In this document: positions 1-8,174 of the stretch, one piece after another | Layout: every line of letters starts with the position of its first letter | How positions within the stretch are numbered: the stretch's first letter is position 1 | From: a candidate division FCPU426 bacterium | GTDB lineage: Bacteria > Oederibacteriota > JAAXVQ01 > JAUVAV01 | Direction of reading: 5' to 3' | DNA length: 42,716 bases | Assembly: GCA_030619365.1 (NCBI GenBank) | Contig: JAUXBQ010000001.1 | Span: 1-42,716 of the forward strand | The notes under the pieces: generated by a model | What the model was told of the DNA's origin: nothing | Database searches by the model: none | The model's input: only the letters and a program-made list of their open reading frames with translations | Position numbers and translations under genes: made by a program

Positions 1-591
1 AACATTAGAATTATTTATGTTTACATTGTTAAGGATGTATTCAACCTCGCGCATTAAGATTTCTAATTCGACTAATATATCCTTTATAAATCTTTTATCA
101 GAATCGAGTTTGTTCCAAACTACATGCCATCTATCCTGTGATTCGTTAACAGATTCTTTGAAATATATTTTAAATTCATTCTGTGCCGAAAGTTTTTTAG
201 GCAAAATACTCGCGCAGCTGTTTTCACATGCAAATAACAATATTGATATTGTGTCCTCCTTAAAAAAGCGATATTGTTTCTGGAAATTATGCTTAATCAA
301 GTTTTTCCTTTGCCTCTTCGGAAACCATACTACCAATAAATAAAAAATAACGCTTACAAGGAACCCCATTGTAAGGTTGAAAATCAAAGAATTCCCTGTA
401 TGGAATTGTTGGAATAGTAAATCAATCCATGTGTTGCGGAATATTCGCAGGATAGGCTCGTTGCTCGTTTTGAGGGCTAAAAAAATGCTTGTGAAACTCA
501 ATATCAATAATACTATTAATAAAAGTTTGGTTTTTACTTTTTCTACAAATGATAGGAATTTATTTCTAAAACCAGTATATTTTTTATCCAT
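1..591 (-). CDS. hypothetical two-TM membrane protein; the gene runs off the left edge of the window (partial, 197 codons visible)
   Basis: Own reverse-complement translation. ATG at 591..589 is followed by 197 sense codons with no stop down to position 1, in very AT-rich DNA: MDKKYTGFRNKFLSFVEKVKTKLLLIVLLILSFTSIFLALK...NSLIFNLTMGFLVSVIFYLLVVWFPKRQRK...RWHVVWNKLDSDKRFIKDILVELEILMREVEYILNNVNINNSNV. Two hydrophobic helices precede a charged soluble part. It is missing from the ORF track because no stop lies inside the window. The + ORFs 17..343 and 377..763 are its antisense shadows. No family recognised. Confidence 0.6.
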   Translation of the reverse strand, partial: MDKKYTGFRNKFLSFVEKVKTKLLLIVLLILSFTSIFLALKTSNEPILRIFRNTWIDLLFQQFHTGNSLIFNLTMGFLVSVIFYLLVVWFPKRQRKNLIKHNFQKQYRFFKEDTISILLFACENSCASILPKKLSAQNEFKIYFKESVNESQDRWHVVWNKLDSDKRFIKDILVELEILMREVEYILNNVNINNSNV

Positions 592-616
592 AAACGCAAC
601 TTTTCAATCCTGTCTA

Positions 617-895
617 TTATTCGCGCCCGCAAAGCCGCTCAAATTCCGCGCGTACATCTTCAAAAGTCCGGGCATTGATTCTCTTAAGCCGTGTATAGGT
701 ATCAATACCGCCCTCAGTAGCCATTGCATGCTAAAAATATTCTTCAATTTTATCGGCGCTTGAAAAATTATTTATTCGCATACGGGTGCAACGTACCTTT
801 TTCTTGATAATACCATCTACATCGGGGTGATTTTCGGCAGTACTAAAAACTTCATTTTCTAAAAAATTAATCAGTTCTTCTTTCGAAGCATCCAT
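617..895 (-). pseudogene. small hypothetical ORF (92 codons) interrupted by one in-frame TAG at 731..733; could instead be two mini-ORFs, 731..895 (54 aa) and 617..724 (35 aa)
   Basis: Own translation: MDASKEELINFLENEVFSTAENHPDVDGIIKKKVRCTRMRINNFSSADKIEEYF*HAMATEGGIDTYTRLKRINARTFEDVRAEFERLCGRE*. The ATG at 895 is preceded by AGGAG with a 7-nt spacer, directly after the res stop codon (912..914). Both halves are in the same frame. Below the ORF-track size cut-off. Confidence 0.45.
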
Positions 896-911
896 TTAAT
901 GGCTCCTATTT

Positions 912-3437
912 TTAATGTAAATCGCAAGTAACCATATCGTTTAATTTTGCTTCCCATTCATCCTCAGCCAAGACTTCAAAGTGCATGCCTTTGTTTTTCA
1001 TCTTCAAACCAAGATCAGTCCAATTACTTGATTGTGCCTGCTTTGTGCAAATATCAAAAACTTTTCGTATATATTCAGTTTTTGAATTGTCTATTAAATG
1101 CAGCCCTTTTGTTTCAACCACATAAACGCGGTCATATTCGCGGCTCTGTTCTTTATCAAAGGAAGTAAAGATAAAATCCGGATAGATTTTATGTTGGGCC
1201 CAGCCCTGGATCGAATAATCCAGCCGGGCGCGATTGCGGTACCAGAAAAAAAGGCGTTCTTGTTTTTCTAGATACCAAGCCACGGCTTTTTCAGTTTCAT
1301 TGAAATCTTCCTCTGGGACAAACTCGAAAAGACTTAATTCAAGCTGGCTTCCGTCTTGTTTGGTCAAAGTCCTGGAAGTGGGTTTGATGCGGATTTGGGA
1401 AGGAAAATGAAAAGAAAGGTCTTTCCCGATTATTAAAAAGCGCAATTGATCTTCTTTTAACATGCCGTGGAAAACAGCTTCAGCTAGGCGGTTTTTCTCC
1501 TGTTCCAGAAATTTTCTAAGTTCCTGGATGATGAACACAAAATTATCCGCCAGCATTTTTTCGGATGTGTTCCCACGGAAATGGTCTAAAAGCGTTTTGG
1601 CAAATTCATGAGCTTGCCAGGGATTGGGAACAACATCACCCAACTGCCGGGTCATAAAGACAGGATCAATACGAATACCGCCGCTTTTTAACTGCCTAAC
1701 CGACCTTTGCCGGATAATTTCATGGTGGTCGTCAGCCAGGGTGGCAATATGCTCAATATCTTTTTCTTCAAACGCAGATAATGACAGTTTTTTCACAGGG
1801 GATAAATCGACCTTGCCCCAGGGAATTCTGGCTGCAATATCCATCGCGTAATTTACAGGACGCCAGCTTTTCCCGTTTTTTACCACAAAAACCGGCAAAA
1901 TGGTTCTGCCGGCAGCTTGCTTGAACCGGTCTCGAATACTAACAAAACGTTCTTCGCCGGATATATCACCGGCTGGCTGGTCAATGGCAATATGTCCACG
2001 CAAATCGCCCAAACCTTCGCGGGCGAATCCATCCCGAATGCTGTCAAGCAATTGATTTGCTTTCTGCTGGAAACAAAACACATAACTTTCATCAAGTTCT
2101 TGGATTCCTGTCTTTCTTGCCATTGGTTGGCGCAGAATACGGCCTACAAGCTGAGTAAGGGCGTTTTGGGAAGAAGGATTGGTTAAAATAACCAGAACAT
2201 ACGCGAACGCACAGTCCCAGCCCTCTTGCAGAGCTTGTTTGGTGATAATATAGCGGATTTGACAATCCCGCGTCATTAAACCGCCAATGTTATCTATTTC
2301 TTTCAATTCATCTTTTTCGCTGGTCTTGATTGCTATTTGATCGGCCGGGATACTCATGTTTTTAATGAGATGTTCCCGGACGTGTTCAGAGTGAATATAG
2401 CGGCTGCCCTGTTGGTCGCGTCCTGTGCGTTCGACTTGAATTAAGCATATTGGCCGAATGTTAATCCCGGTTTTAGCTTCGTGTTTTTTAGCCTTTTCTT
2501 CCAGTGAATTACGCCGGTTATAGCCATCAAGCAGGGTATCTTTCCAATCCAGACTGGCTTTGTTTATGACATGGAGATCAAGCTTAATCATTTCTTCACA
2601 GTGCAGTTCACGCCCTGTGATATCAATTAAAATATTGCTTTGAACCGGCGTGGCGGAAAATTCAGCAATTATACGGGGATTAAAACCACGCAGGGTTTCC
2701 TGGGCGCCTTCACTGTAAGCCTTATGTCCTTCATCCAGGATAATAACAGGCGAAAGCAGCCTTAGCGTATTGCCCAGAGAAGTTTTTATTTGCCGCCCCC
2801 AAAAGCCGCTTTCTTTTTCATAAGTATCAAGGTTGGGAAATTTCTTTAGCACGTTTTCCTGGCTTTTAATATCATCCTCGTTGGGGAAAAAATCCTGGAA
2901 ACCTCCGCTATCCTTGAAAACTTTTAAAGTCTCCTTGGTTTTTCGATTGGCCGAAGGCAGCATAAGCATAAGGACCACTAAATTTTCAGCAACATCCTGG
3001 GGAGCAAAGCGGTCGGTTTTTTCCAGAATAAGAGTATGCCCGCCGCTGGCGAGATCAAGATGCTGGCGGTAGGGATGATCCCGGTCTTTAAGGTGATTAA
3101 TCGTTTGGCGGTAAATCTGGGTGGTTGGAACAATCCAAAGCACAAGGCCAGTCTTTTGTTTTCGATAAGTCATATTAATTGAATCGATGGTTTTAACTGC
3201 CAAGAGCGTTTTGCCGCCGCCGGTTGGTATTTTAAAACAAAAGTCGGGAAGCGGCTGGTTGAGGCCGTTCTTGCGGTCGGCATAAGGGCATCTTATACCG
3301 GCTTTTTCCCAGGCTTTAACCGGGAAGTCTATTTCCAGCTCAGGATTATTTTCAGCCTTGGTTCTCCATTCGGCTAATAATTCCAAATAACGCCTGAGCT
3401 CGCTTAAGGCTCTTTGCTGATATTCTTTAAGCTGCAT
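912..3437 (-). CDS. res: Type III restriction enzyme, Res subunit (SF2 helicase plus PD-(D/E)xK nuclease)
   Basis: 841-aa ORF. Helicase motifs are I 'KIPTGGGKTLLA', II 'IILDEGHKA', III 'FSATP' and VI 'QLVGRILRQP'. The C-terminal nuclease signature is 'YPDFIFT...VYVVETKG'. The ATG lies 3 nt after the mod stop, giving the classic mod-res order. Confidence 0.9.
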   Translation of the reverse strand: MQLKEYQQRALSELRRYLELLAEWRTKAENNPELEIDFPVKAWEKAGIRCPYADRKNGLNQPLPDFCFKIPTGGGKTLLAVKTIDSINMTYRKQKTGLVLWIVPTTQIYRQTINHLKDRDHPYRQHLDLASGGHTLILEKTDRFAPQDVAENLVVLMLMLPSANRKTKETLKVFKDSGGFQDFFPNEDDIKSQENVLKKFPNLDTYEKESGFWGRQIKTSLGNTLRLLSPVIILDEGHKAYSEGAQETLRGFNPRIIAEFSATPVQSNILIDITGRELHCEEMIKLDLHVINKASLDWKDTLLDGYNRRNSLEEKAKKHEAKTGINIRPICLIQVERTGRDQQGSRYIHSEHVREHLIKNMSIPADQIAIKTSEKDELKEIDNIGGLMTRDCQIRYIITKQALQEGWDCAFAYVLVILTNPSSQNALTQLVGRILRQPMARKTGIQELDESYVFCFQQKANQLLDSIRDGFAREGLGDLRGHIAIDQPAGDISGEERFVSIRDRFKQAAGRTILPVFVVKNGKSWRPVNYAMDIAARIPWGKVDLSPVKKLSLSAFEEKDIEHIATLADDHHEIIRQRSVRQLKSGGIRIDPVFMTRQLGDVVPNPWQAHEFAKTLLDHFRGNTSEKMLADNFVFIIQELRKFLEQEKNRLAEAVFHGMLKEDQLRFLIIGKDLSFHFPSQIRIKPTSRTLTKQDGSQLELSLFEFVPEEDFNETEKAVAWYLEKQERLFFWYRNRARLDYSIQGWAQHKIYPDFIFTSFDKEQSREYDRVYVVETKGLHLIDNSKTEYIRKVFDICTKQAQSSNWTDLGLKMKNKGMHFEVLAEDEWEAKLNDMVTCDLH

Positions 3438-3440
3438 GTT

Positions 3441-5045
3441 TCACCTGGCAAGTTCGTAAATTTCAAAAGGCAATTGGCAAAAATCAATGCGGTATTGATC
3501 CAGATAAGCCTGGTCCAAGTATTTCGTGGGCGCAAACACCAATCGGCGTTTGTCTTTTTTAAGCGGCGGCAAGGAATCGGTAATATCTAAAGTAAGCGCC
3601 AGATTTTTAAGTTTAGATAAATCCGGTTTGTAGAATAGATAAACTTGATAGTTTTTACTTTCGCCGACGAAACCGGTCTTTATATCAATACCTTTTTCGT
3701 TAAATTCCTCTCCAGTGGCTGTGTAGAAAACATAGCGGGCAAGTTCTTTATAAGTGGGCAGATTATCGCCGTCAAGAATGCTTTCCAATTCAATGGCTTT
3801 GCCAAGCTCGAAGAAACTAAACGTGCCTTTCAAACCTTTTTTGAGAGTTTCATCTTTTGCCTTGGGAACGCCTTTTATTACCTGCCGTACTCTTTCGGCG
3901 GTAATTTTATCAGCGTAGTCTTCGCATTCAATCAAGATAAACTTACGATTGCCGCTGTCTTCTTTGTTGAGTGCGAGGACAGCATGAGCAGTTGTGCCGG
4001 AACCGGAAAACGAATCCAAAATAATGGCATCGTGATCAAACTGAGTATTTATCGAAATTAATTCCTTTATTAAACTTGAAGGTTTAGGATAATCCAGTTT
4101 TCGTTCAGTGAAAATTGATTTTAGTTCTATGCTTCCATGTGCTGTTGTTTTAACAATATCAGATTCTAAAATTGAAGAATACGCAGTGTTTGTCTCTGAC
4201 CCAGAAGGTATAATCCTATAAGCCTCAATATAACCATCGTCCTGCTTTTCAAAAACGACTAGTCCTTTTTTAATTAAACTATCGAGTTTGTCTTTGCTCA
4301 TCCGCCATCTTCCATCGGTTCCATCGGGTTTTTTAGGATAAACCTTTCCAAATTCTTCAGAGTTGATAGGATAATACATGGTAGGTCTATCTTCCCTACG
4401 GTCGCCTTGGCCCCATTGCCGTAAGCGTTCTTTACCTTCTTTCTCAGTAATGCGCTTGTCCGTTTTAAAATCGATTAATGAAATGTTTTTAGCATAGCAA
4501 ATAATGTATTCATGTAGTTTGGCTGTTTCCTGAGCTGTGGCTCCTTTTCCCAAACGCGACTTCCAAATAAAAGTTTCTATAAAATTTTGTTCACCAAATA
4601 CATTGTCCATCAACATTCGCAAGTGGTGATACTCATTGTCGTCAATGGATATAAATATTGCACCATTGTCCGCCAAAAGTTCCCGCAGCAGTTTCAATCT
4701 CGGAGTCATCATGCAGAGCCATTTGTCATGCCGGGTTAGGTCTTCACTATCAACAACTTTGCCCAGCCATTCCTGCATCATCGGTGAATTTACATTGTCA
4801 TTGTAAGCCCACTTTTCATTGCCGGTGTTGTAAGGCGGGTCAATATAGATGCATTTGATTTTTCCGGCATAAAGCGGCAGCAGGGCCTTGAGCGCTTTTA
4901 GATTATCGCCGTGTATAATCAGATTATCATTCAGACTGACTTTATCCGTTAAGCTTTTGCTTTTAATTGGAATTAATTCGTGGTATTTGACCAGCAAGTG
5001 GTGGTTTTGAACAAACGTTTTTCCTTTAAATTGGATTTGTGCCAT
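3441..5045 (-). CDS. mod: Type III DNA methyltransferase, Mod subunit (beta-class N6-A/N4-C methyltransferase)
   Basis: 534-aa ORF. Catalytic motif IV 'CIYIDPPYNTG' lies near the N-terminus. AdoMet motif I 'ILDSFSGSGTTAHA' lies in the C-terminal third. The order IV, variable region, I is typical of Type III Mod. It sits immediately upstream of res. Confidence 0.9.
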   Translation of the reverse strand: MAQIQFKGKTFVQNHHLLVKYHELIPIKSKSLTDKVSLNDNLIIHGDNLKALKALLPLYAGKIKCIYIDPPYNTGNEKWAYNDNVNSPMMQEWLGKVVDSEDLTRHDKWLCMMTPRLKLLRELLADNGAIFISIDDNEYHHLRMLMDNVFGEQNFIETFIWKSRLGKGATAQETAKLHEYIICYAKNISLIDFKTDKRITEKEGKERLRQWGQGDRREDRPTMYYPINSEEFGKVYPKKPDGTDGRWRMSKDKLDSLIKKGLVVFEKQDDGYIEAYRIIPSGSETNTAYSSILESDIVKTTAHGSIELKSIFTERKLDYPKPSSLIKELISINTQFDHDAIILDSFSGSGTTAHAVLALNKEDSGNRKFILIECEDYADKITAERVRQVIKGVPKAKDETLKKGLKGTFSFFELGKAIELESILDGDNLPTYKELARYVFYTATGEEFNEKGIDIKTGFVGESKNYQVYLFYKPDLSKLKNLALTLDITDSLPPLKKDKRRLVFAPTKYLDQAYLDQYRIDFCQLPFEIYELAR

Positions 5046-5150
5046 GGAGTTCGAAACCTTTTATCCGTTTTCAAATTTTAGTTTACATGAATAATTTGGT
5101 ATATATTAACACTTACGTACTCATTTTGCGAATCCATATTCTCAATCCGG

Positions 5151-5193
5151 GCACCCTCACCTCACTCCTCTCCCTCCCCGGAGGGAGAGGAGG
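5151..5193. repeat. REP-like GC hairpin (ACCCTCACC...TCCTCTCCCTCC/GGAGGGAGAGGA); probably also the terminator of the 15-gene array
   Basis: Complementary arms TCCTCTCCCTCC (5166..5177) and GGAGGGAGAGGA (5180..5191), 15 nt downstream of the stop of the minus-strand gene ending at 5208. A related copy is at 19121..19160. It sits exactly at the AT-rich to GC-rich composition boundary. Confidence 0.6.
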
Positions 5194-5207
5194 CACTAAT
5201 ATGATTC

Positions 5208-6560
5208 CTATTTAAAATTCTCCAGCTTGTAGGCCTTGATCTTGCGCCACAGGGTGGAGCGGCTGATGCCCAGGCTCTTGGCGGTCTCGGTCTGGTTGCC
5301 GTCGAACCGGGTCAGGGCCTGCTTGATCAGCTCTTCCTCAGCCTGGTCAATGCTGATGGGTTTTTCCTTGCGGGAGCCTTCCAGGGCCAATTGACCGCGC
5401 TGGAAGACCTGGGGCGGCAGCGAAGTCTTTTCGATGATATTATTGTTAGCCAAGAGCACGCTGTGCTGAATGATGTTCTCCAGTTCGCGGACGTTTCCCG
5501 GGTAATCGTAATTCATGAGGCTGAACAGGGCGTCCCGGGTTATGGAGATGATGCTCCGGTTGAAGCGCTTATTGTACTTCTGCAGGAAATACTTAATGAG
5601 CGGCGGGATGTCGTCCGGCCGCTCCCGCAGAGGCGGCACGTGGATGTTGATGACATTCAGCCGGTAGAACAGGTCCATGCGGAATTTCCGCTCCTGTACT
5701 TCCTCCAGGAGATCGCGGTTGGTGGCGGCCAGGATCCGTACGTTGACCTTGGTTTCCTCCGTGCCGCCCAGCTGCCGGAGCATGCCGTCCTCCAGCACGC
5801 GCAGCAGCTTGACCTGCATGGCCGGCGAGAGCTCGCCCACCTCGTCCAGGAGGAACGTACCGCCGTTAGCCTGCTCGAACAAGCCCGGCCGGTCCGCGAT
5901 GGCGCCGGTGAACGCGCCCTTGCGGAACCCGAACAATTCCGATTCCAGGAGGGCCTCAGGGATCGCTCCGCAGTTCACAGCCACAAAGGGCTTGTTTTCC
6001 CGGTCGGACAGGCGGTGGATGGCCCGGGCCACCAACTCCTTGCCCACCCCGGTTTCGCCGGTGATCAGAACCGGGGAATCCGTGGGCGCCACGCGCGCGG
6101 CCATGACAAAGACGCGCTTAATGGCTTCGCTCTGCCCCACCACGTCGGCTTCCCGGTATTCCAGGAGGCCCGGTGGCGGGGCCCAGCGTCCCGGGCCCTG
6201 GTGGTCTTCCCGCTCCCACTCGCCCAGCACCTGGCGGAACCAGTCCGGGTTCAGGGGCAGGGTGAGGTAAAAATCTGCGCCGCGCCGGATGGCTTCGGCC
6301 GCGGTGCCGAGACTGCCGTCCGGGGTAAGCCAGAGAATCTTATTGTGGCTCTGTTCCCGCAGCAGGGAGACCAGGTCCATGTCCCCGCCTACGCTGCGCG
6401 CGTCCAGCACGATCAGACGGTAATCGGCCGAGCCCGCCTGGTCGAGCAGCTGCTCCTTTTCCCGTATCTCGTCGCATTGGTACTTGGAAGCGCCCAGGTT
6501 TTTCTTGAGCTCGTCTTTTAAGGTCCGGTCTTCGGAAAAAATAATTACCTTGTTCATCAT
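5208..6560 (-). CDS. sigma-54-dependent Fis-family transcriptional activator with an N-terminal receiver-like domain (NtrC family)
   Basis: AAA+ Walker A 'GETGVGKELVARAIH'; sigma-54 contact loop 'ESELFGFRKGAFTGA'; 'RVLEDG' and 'RILAATNRDL' motifs; C-terminal Fis-type HTH 'TAKSLGISRSTLWRKIK'. The N-terminal receiver has 'RLIVLDA'. Its start overlaps the upstream stop by 4 nt. Confidence 0.9.
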   Translation of the reverse strand: MMNKVIIFSEDRTLKDELKKNLGASKYQCDEIREKEQLLDQAGSADYRLIVLDARSVGGDMDLVSLLREQSHNKILWLTPDGSLGTAAEAIRRGADFYLTLPLNPDWFRQVLGEWEREDHQGPGRWAPPPGLLEYREADVVGQSEAIKRVFVMAARVAPTDSPVLITGETGVGKELVARAIHRLSDRENKPFVAVNCGAIPEALLESELFGFRKGAFTGAIADRPGLFEQANGGTFLLDEVGELSPAMQVKLLRVLEDGMLRQLGGTEETKVNVRILAATNRDLLEEVQERKFRMDLFYRLNVINIHVPPLRERPDDIPPLIKYFLQKYNKRFNRSIISITRDALFSLMNYDYPGNVRELENIIQHSVLLANNNIIEKTSLPPQVFQRGQLALEGSRKEKPISIDQAEEELIKQALTRFDGNQTETAKSLGISRSTLWRKIKAYKLENFK

Positions 6561-7216
6561 TGCTCACTCTGCCTTCTTTCTTTCCGGGGCGTCCGGAGCA
6601 CTACCCAGATAAAGCGGGGCAAACGCAGGATGCGCCGCAGGCGCCAGGGTTCCTGCCGCCAACGCCACAGCCATTCCAGCCCGGCCCGCTGCATCCAGCG
6701 CGGAGCGCGCCGCAGACGCCCGGCTAAAACATCCAGGCTGCCGCCCACGCCCAGGGCCACCCGCGCGGCCAGACCCCGGCCAACCTTGTCGAGAAAAAAT
6801 TCCTGGGCCGGCTGCCCAATCCCCACCAGGAGCAATCCCGGCCGCGCGCGGTTGATTTCCGCAACCACCTCGGCCTCTTCTCCCGGGCGCCAAAAGCCGT
6901 GCCGCGCGCCCGCGATGCGCAGCCCGGGCAGCCGGTCCTGCAGCCGCGCCGCGGCTTCCGCGGCCACCCCGGGTTTCCCGCCCAGCAGAAACACGCTCTG
7001 TTCCTCGGCCGCGCAGACGCGGGCCAGGGTAACGGCCAGGTCCACGCCGGTTACCCGTTCCGGCCGCTGGCCGGTCAGGCGTTGGATGGCCCACACGGCG
7101 CCGATGCCGTCCGCGGTGATCAGATCCGCCCGCTCCAGCACTGCGGCATATTCCGGTTCTTCATGCGCCCGCAGCAGAGTCAGCGCGCTGACCGTGTAAA
7201 TAATCTGGCACGGCAT
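6557..7216 (-). CDS. WecB/TagA/CpsF-family glycosyltransferase
   Basis: 'ITADGIGAVWA', 'LLGGKPGVAAEAA', 'LLVGIGQPAQEFF' and 'GGSLDVLAGRLRRAPRWMQRAGLEWLWRWRQEPWRLRR' match the family hallmarks from memory. Confidence 0.75.
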   Translation of the reverse strand: MPCQIIYTVSALTLLRAHEEPEYAAVLERADLITADGIGAVWAIQRLTGQRPERVTGVDLAVTLARVCAAEEQSVFLLGGKPGVAAEAAARLQDRLPGLRIAGARHGFWRPGEEAEVVAEINRARPGLLLVGIGQPAQEFFLDKVGRGLAARVALGVGGSLDVLAGRLRRAPRWMQRAGLEWLWRWRQEPWRLRRILRLPRFIWVVLRTPRKERRQSEQ

Positions 7217-7235
7217 GGCTTAATCCCCGCTCACG

Positions 7236-8174
7236 CTAGGAACACAGGGTGTTCACGGTTTCGCGCAAATACTCCAAAAGCTCCGGCCGCGCCGCCTTGT
7301 CCTTCAGGGCGAAGGCCAGTGTCGCTTTTACGAATTCCAGCTTATTTCCGATATCATGCCGCACGCCCTCGAATTGCCAGGCATACATCGGCCGCCGCCG
7401 GTTGAGGCGCCGGAGCGCGTCCGTAAGCTGTATCTCGTGCCCGGCGCCGGGCTTGGTTTTTTCCAGGCAACCGAAAATATCGGGCGTCAGAATATACCGC
7501 CCCACGATGCCCAGGCGCGAGGGGGCTCGCTCGGGCCGCGGTTTTTCCACCAGGTCCTGCACCTGGAACAAGCGCGGGGACAGGGGCTTGGGCTTGACAA
7601 TGCCGTAGGCCTGGGTACGCTCCCGGGGAATTTCCTCCACGGCCAGCACGGGCGCCTGGTACCGCTGCCAAACCTGCATAAGCTGGCGGATCGCGGGCCG
7701 GGGGTGGTCAATGATATCGTCCCCCAGAAACACCGCGAACGGGTCGTGCCCCACGAAGCTCTTGGCGCACAGCACGGCGTGACCCAGGCCGCGGGCCTCC
7801 TTCTGCCGTACGTAAAACAGATTGACCATATTCGAGATTTTTTGCACAGCCTGCAGTTCCGCGCGCTTGCCTTGCTCCCGCAGGGTCTCCTCCAGCTCGA
7901 TGGAATGGTCGAAGTGGTTCTCGATCGCCTGTTTGCCCCGCCCGGTAATGACCAATATGTCCTGGATACCGGCGGCCACCGCCTCCTCGATCACATACTG
8001 GATGGCGGGCTTGTCGTAGATGGGCAGCATCTCCTTGGGCTGGGCTTTGCTGGCCGGTAAAAAACGCGTGCCCAGGCCGGCGGCCGGAATGACCGCCTTG
8101 GTGATGCGCTGGCCGCTTTTTATCCGGCGGTCGTACGCGTGATGGGTCTTAGCTTTCGTTATCCGGTAAGCCAT
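7236..8174 (-). CDS. galU: UTP--glucose-1-phosphate uridylyltransferase
   Basis: 'KAVIPAAGLGTRFLPASKAQPKEMLPIYDKPAIQYVIEEAVAAGI' and 'VEKP' motifs. The ATG at 8174 overlaps the ptsI 3' end by 26 nt. Confidence 0.9.
   Translation of the reverse strand: MAYRITKAKTHHAYDRRIKSGQRITKAVIPAAGLGTRFLPASKAQPKEMLPIYDKPAIQYVIEEAVAAGIQDILVITGRGKQAIENHFDHSIELEETLREQGKRAELQAVQKISNMVNLFYVRQKEARGLGHAVLCAKSFVGHDPFAVFLGDDIIDHPRPAIRQLMQVWQRYQAPVLAVEEIPRERTQAYGIVKPKPLSPRLFQVQDLVEKPRPERAPSRLGIVGRYILTPDIFGCLEKTKPGAGHEIQLTDALRRLNRRRPMYAWQFEGVRHDIGNKLEFVKATLAFALKDKAARPELLEYLRETVNTLCS

Noticed and set aside
17-763. Plus-strand track ORFs 17..343 (108 aa) and 377..763 (128 aa)
   Set aside because: They lie antisense to better minus-strand frames: the 197-codon open frame 1..591 and the SD-preceded ORF 617..895. 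Their peptides are low-complexity, with no motifs and no SD, and one starts at TTG. I treat them as shadow ORFs.
3441-5045. Phase-variable simple-sequence repeat in mod
   Set aside because: I looked for tetra- or penta-nucleotide tracts or long homopolymers, as seen in phase-variable Type III mod genes. I saw none in the coding sequence or its upstream region.
5391-6521. Long antisense or alternative-frame ORFs throughout the GC-rich part. Examples are 5391..6521 +, 6630..7199 +, 7356..8060 +, 13168..14253 +, 17031..18095 +, 27067..27867 +, 30062..30931 +, 36278..37096 + and the many 60-190-aa minus-frame ORFs.
   Set aside because: Each overlaps a gene with clear family motifs. Their translations are dominated by Arg, Gly, Pro and Ala, as expected for stop-poor off-frames of high-GC DNA. 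None shows a recognisable motif.
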